NCBI RefSeq assembly: GCF_000002075.1
Contig: NW_004797406.1
Coordinates: 528,177 to 592,176 of the forward strand
DNA length: 64,000 bases
Direction: 5' to 3'
DNA from: Aplysia californica
Lineage: Eukaryota
Shown here: positions 62,377-64,000 of the stretch, piece by piece
Layout: each line of letters begins with the position of its first letter
Position numbering within the stretch: position 1 is the stretch's first letter
Made by a program: the position numbers and the translations under genes
The notes under the pieces: model-generated
What the model saw: the letters and a program-made list of their open reading frames with translations, nothing else
Database searches by the model: none
What the model was told of the DNA's origin: nothing

Positions 62377-64000
62377 TATAAAATGGTACCGAACATCAAT
62401 GTGTTTTGATCTTCGTTGGTCCACAGGGTTGTTGGCTAGGGCAATTGCGCCCTCAAAGATCACAGGCTAATTATCTTTAAAACTAATTCCTATATCATAT
62501 AGAAACTGACTGAGATACAAAACCTCCTGCACTGCGGCTGTTAGAGCAATATATTCAGCCTCGCAGGTTGACAGAGCCATGACTGGCTGTTTCCTTGATT
62601 TCCATGAAATCAGAGGACCTTCTCGTGTCAAATCAAAACAGTAACCTGATGTACTGCGTCTATCTTCAACACTGGATGCCCAATCAGAGTCACTATACCC
62701 AATGAGCCTCAGGCCTTTTTTACTCTTTCTGAAGCACATCTCATAGTGTGCAGTTCCCTTCGGATACCTCAACACGTGTTTCAGTGCTATCCAGTGACAC
62801 TGGAGGGGGTTCGACAAGAATTGAGAAAGTCTGGTAACAACCCAGGAAATATCAGGTCGAGTACACAACATCAGGTAAATTAGACTTCCAACAATCTCTC
62901 GATACCTATGGGAATCAACAGGTTCACTTTCATTCAATTCTAAGTTCTGTTCACATGGAGTACCTCTAGCTTTACAGTCAGACATCTCAAATCTTTCAAG
63001 CAACCTCTCAGTGTACACATTTTGGTTCATCTTAAAGCCATGTCCTTGTTCAAAGTTAATGCCCAGAATGTATGACAATTTTCCCATGTCTTTCATCTTA
63101 AATCTATCTTTGAACAACTGCTTTGTTGCACATTAAAGACTGTCCTTGTTTGAACCAACAATCAAATCATCCACCCAAACAAGGATCACAACCATACCTT
63201 TCTCACCATGTTTGGTATAAACACAATTTTCAGAAGGAGACTCTACAAAGTCATTCTGTTCTACAAACTTGTGCAACATTTGGTTCCAATTCCTGCCAGA
63301 CTGTTTCAACCCATACAAATATTTGTTCAATTTGTACATCATTTTCTGTCCACTTTCATTTTTTTTTACTTCAAAGCCTTCTGGCTGTTCCACATAGATT
63401 TCACAATCTATGAGAGCGTTTAAGTATGCTGTCTTCACATCCATCTGATGCAAAGTTAAATCATACTGTGCAGAGATCTGCATGGGAACACGCACTGAAG
63501 TCAAATTTTCAGTAGGTGCAAAAGTTTCATGATAATCTAGTCCTTCTCTTTGGCTATATCCCTTTGCCACATATCGAGCCTTGTAGGACTTGGAACCATT
63601 TGCACTTTCTTTGACTGTATACTCCCATCCCCCCCCCCCCCCCCACTGCTTGTCTACCCTCAGGGAGAGTGGTCAGAGTGTAAGTACCATTTTCTTTCAG
63701 GGAGTTGAATTCTTCATTCATTGCTTCTTTCCAAAACTCTGATTCAGATGAATCAGTGGCTTCTTTAAATGTTTGAGGAAAAGAAGAAAATTTGTAGCAA
63801 AAATCAACATTCGACATGACATTATCTTCATCAAATTCTGTGTCATAGTCAGACAGATACGAAGGAGGTTTTTTCTCTCTTCTGGGATATCTCCCATTTT
63901 GTTCAACAAAGGATGGTACATTTTCTGGTTGTTTACATTCTGACCTCTCTTCATGAATATTTTCAACAATAGGAACAGGACGTTTTACAAAAACATCGTC
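62377..64000 (-). mobile_element. Ty1/Copia LTR retrotransposon pol (RT and RNase H), frameshifted
   Basis: AKGYSQREGLDYHETFAP, HQMDVKTAYLN, LYGLKQSGRNW, VWVDDL, YSDSDWASSVEDRRSTSGY, STCEAEY, KHIDVRYHF spread over several frames. Confidence 0.95.

Overview
Eukaryotic, intron-rich animal genomic DNA, probably a gastropod mollusc (inferred from repeat content), with several N gaps next to microsatellites. Three host genes are supported. (1) The large first coding exon of an Ajuba/LIMD1/WTIP-family LIM gene (minus, 6929-8753); its LIM exons lie outside the window. (2) A complete MCM8 helicase gene (minus, 28 coding exons, 11881-35310, 871 aa by manual splicing). (3) A complete glyoxalase I gene GLO1 (plus, 6 coding exons, 39969-49288, 171 aa), head-to-head with MCM8. 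The rest is transposon-derived: P-type MITEs, Merlin (IS1595-like) MITEs plus a Merlin transposase nested in a Copia element, Tc1/mariner relics, TTAA-flanked MITEs, RTE and RNase H-bearing LINE fragments, a tRNA-derived SINE, and a ~180-bp headless retroposon sharing that SINE's 3' tail. I found no convincing new protein-coding system. The most notable signals are two apparent P-element excision footprints at the divergent MCM8/GLO1 promoters, a retroposon insertion whose target-site duplication copied an MCM8 splice acceptor, the headless retroposon family with a fixed 5' end, and an 11x32-bp tandem array made from a mariner TIR. All coordinates and alignments were read by eye.
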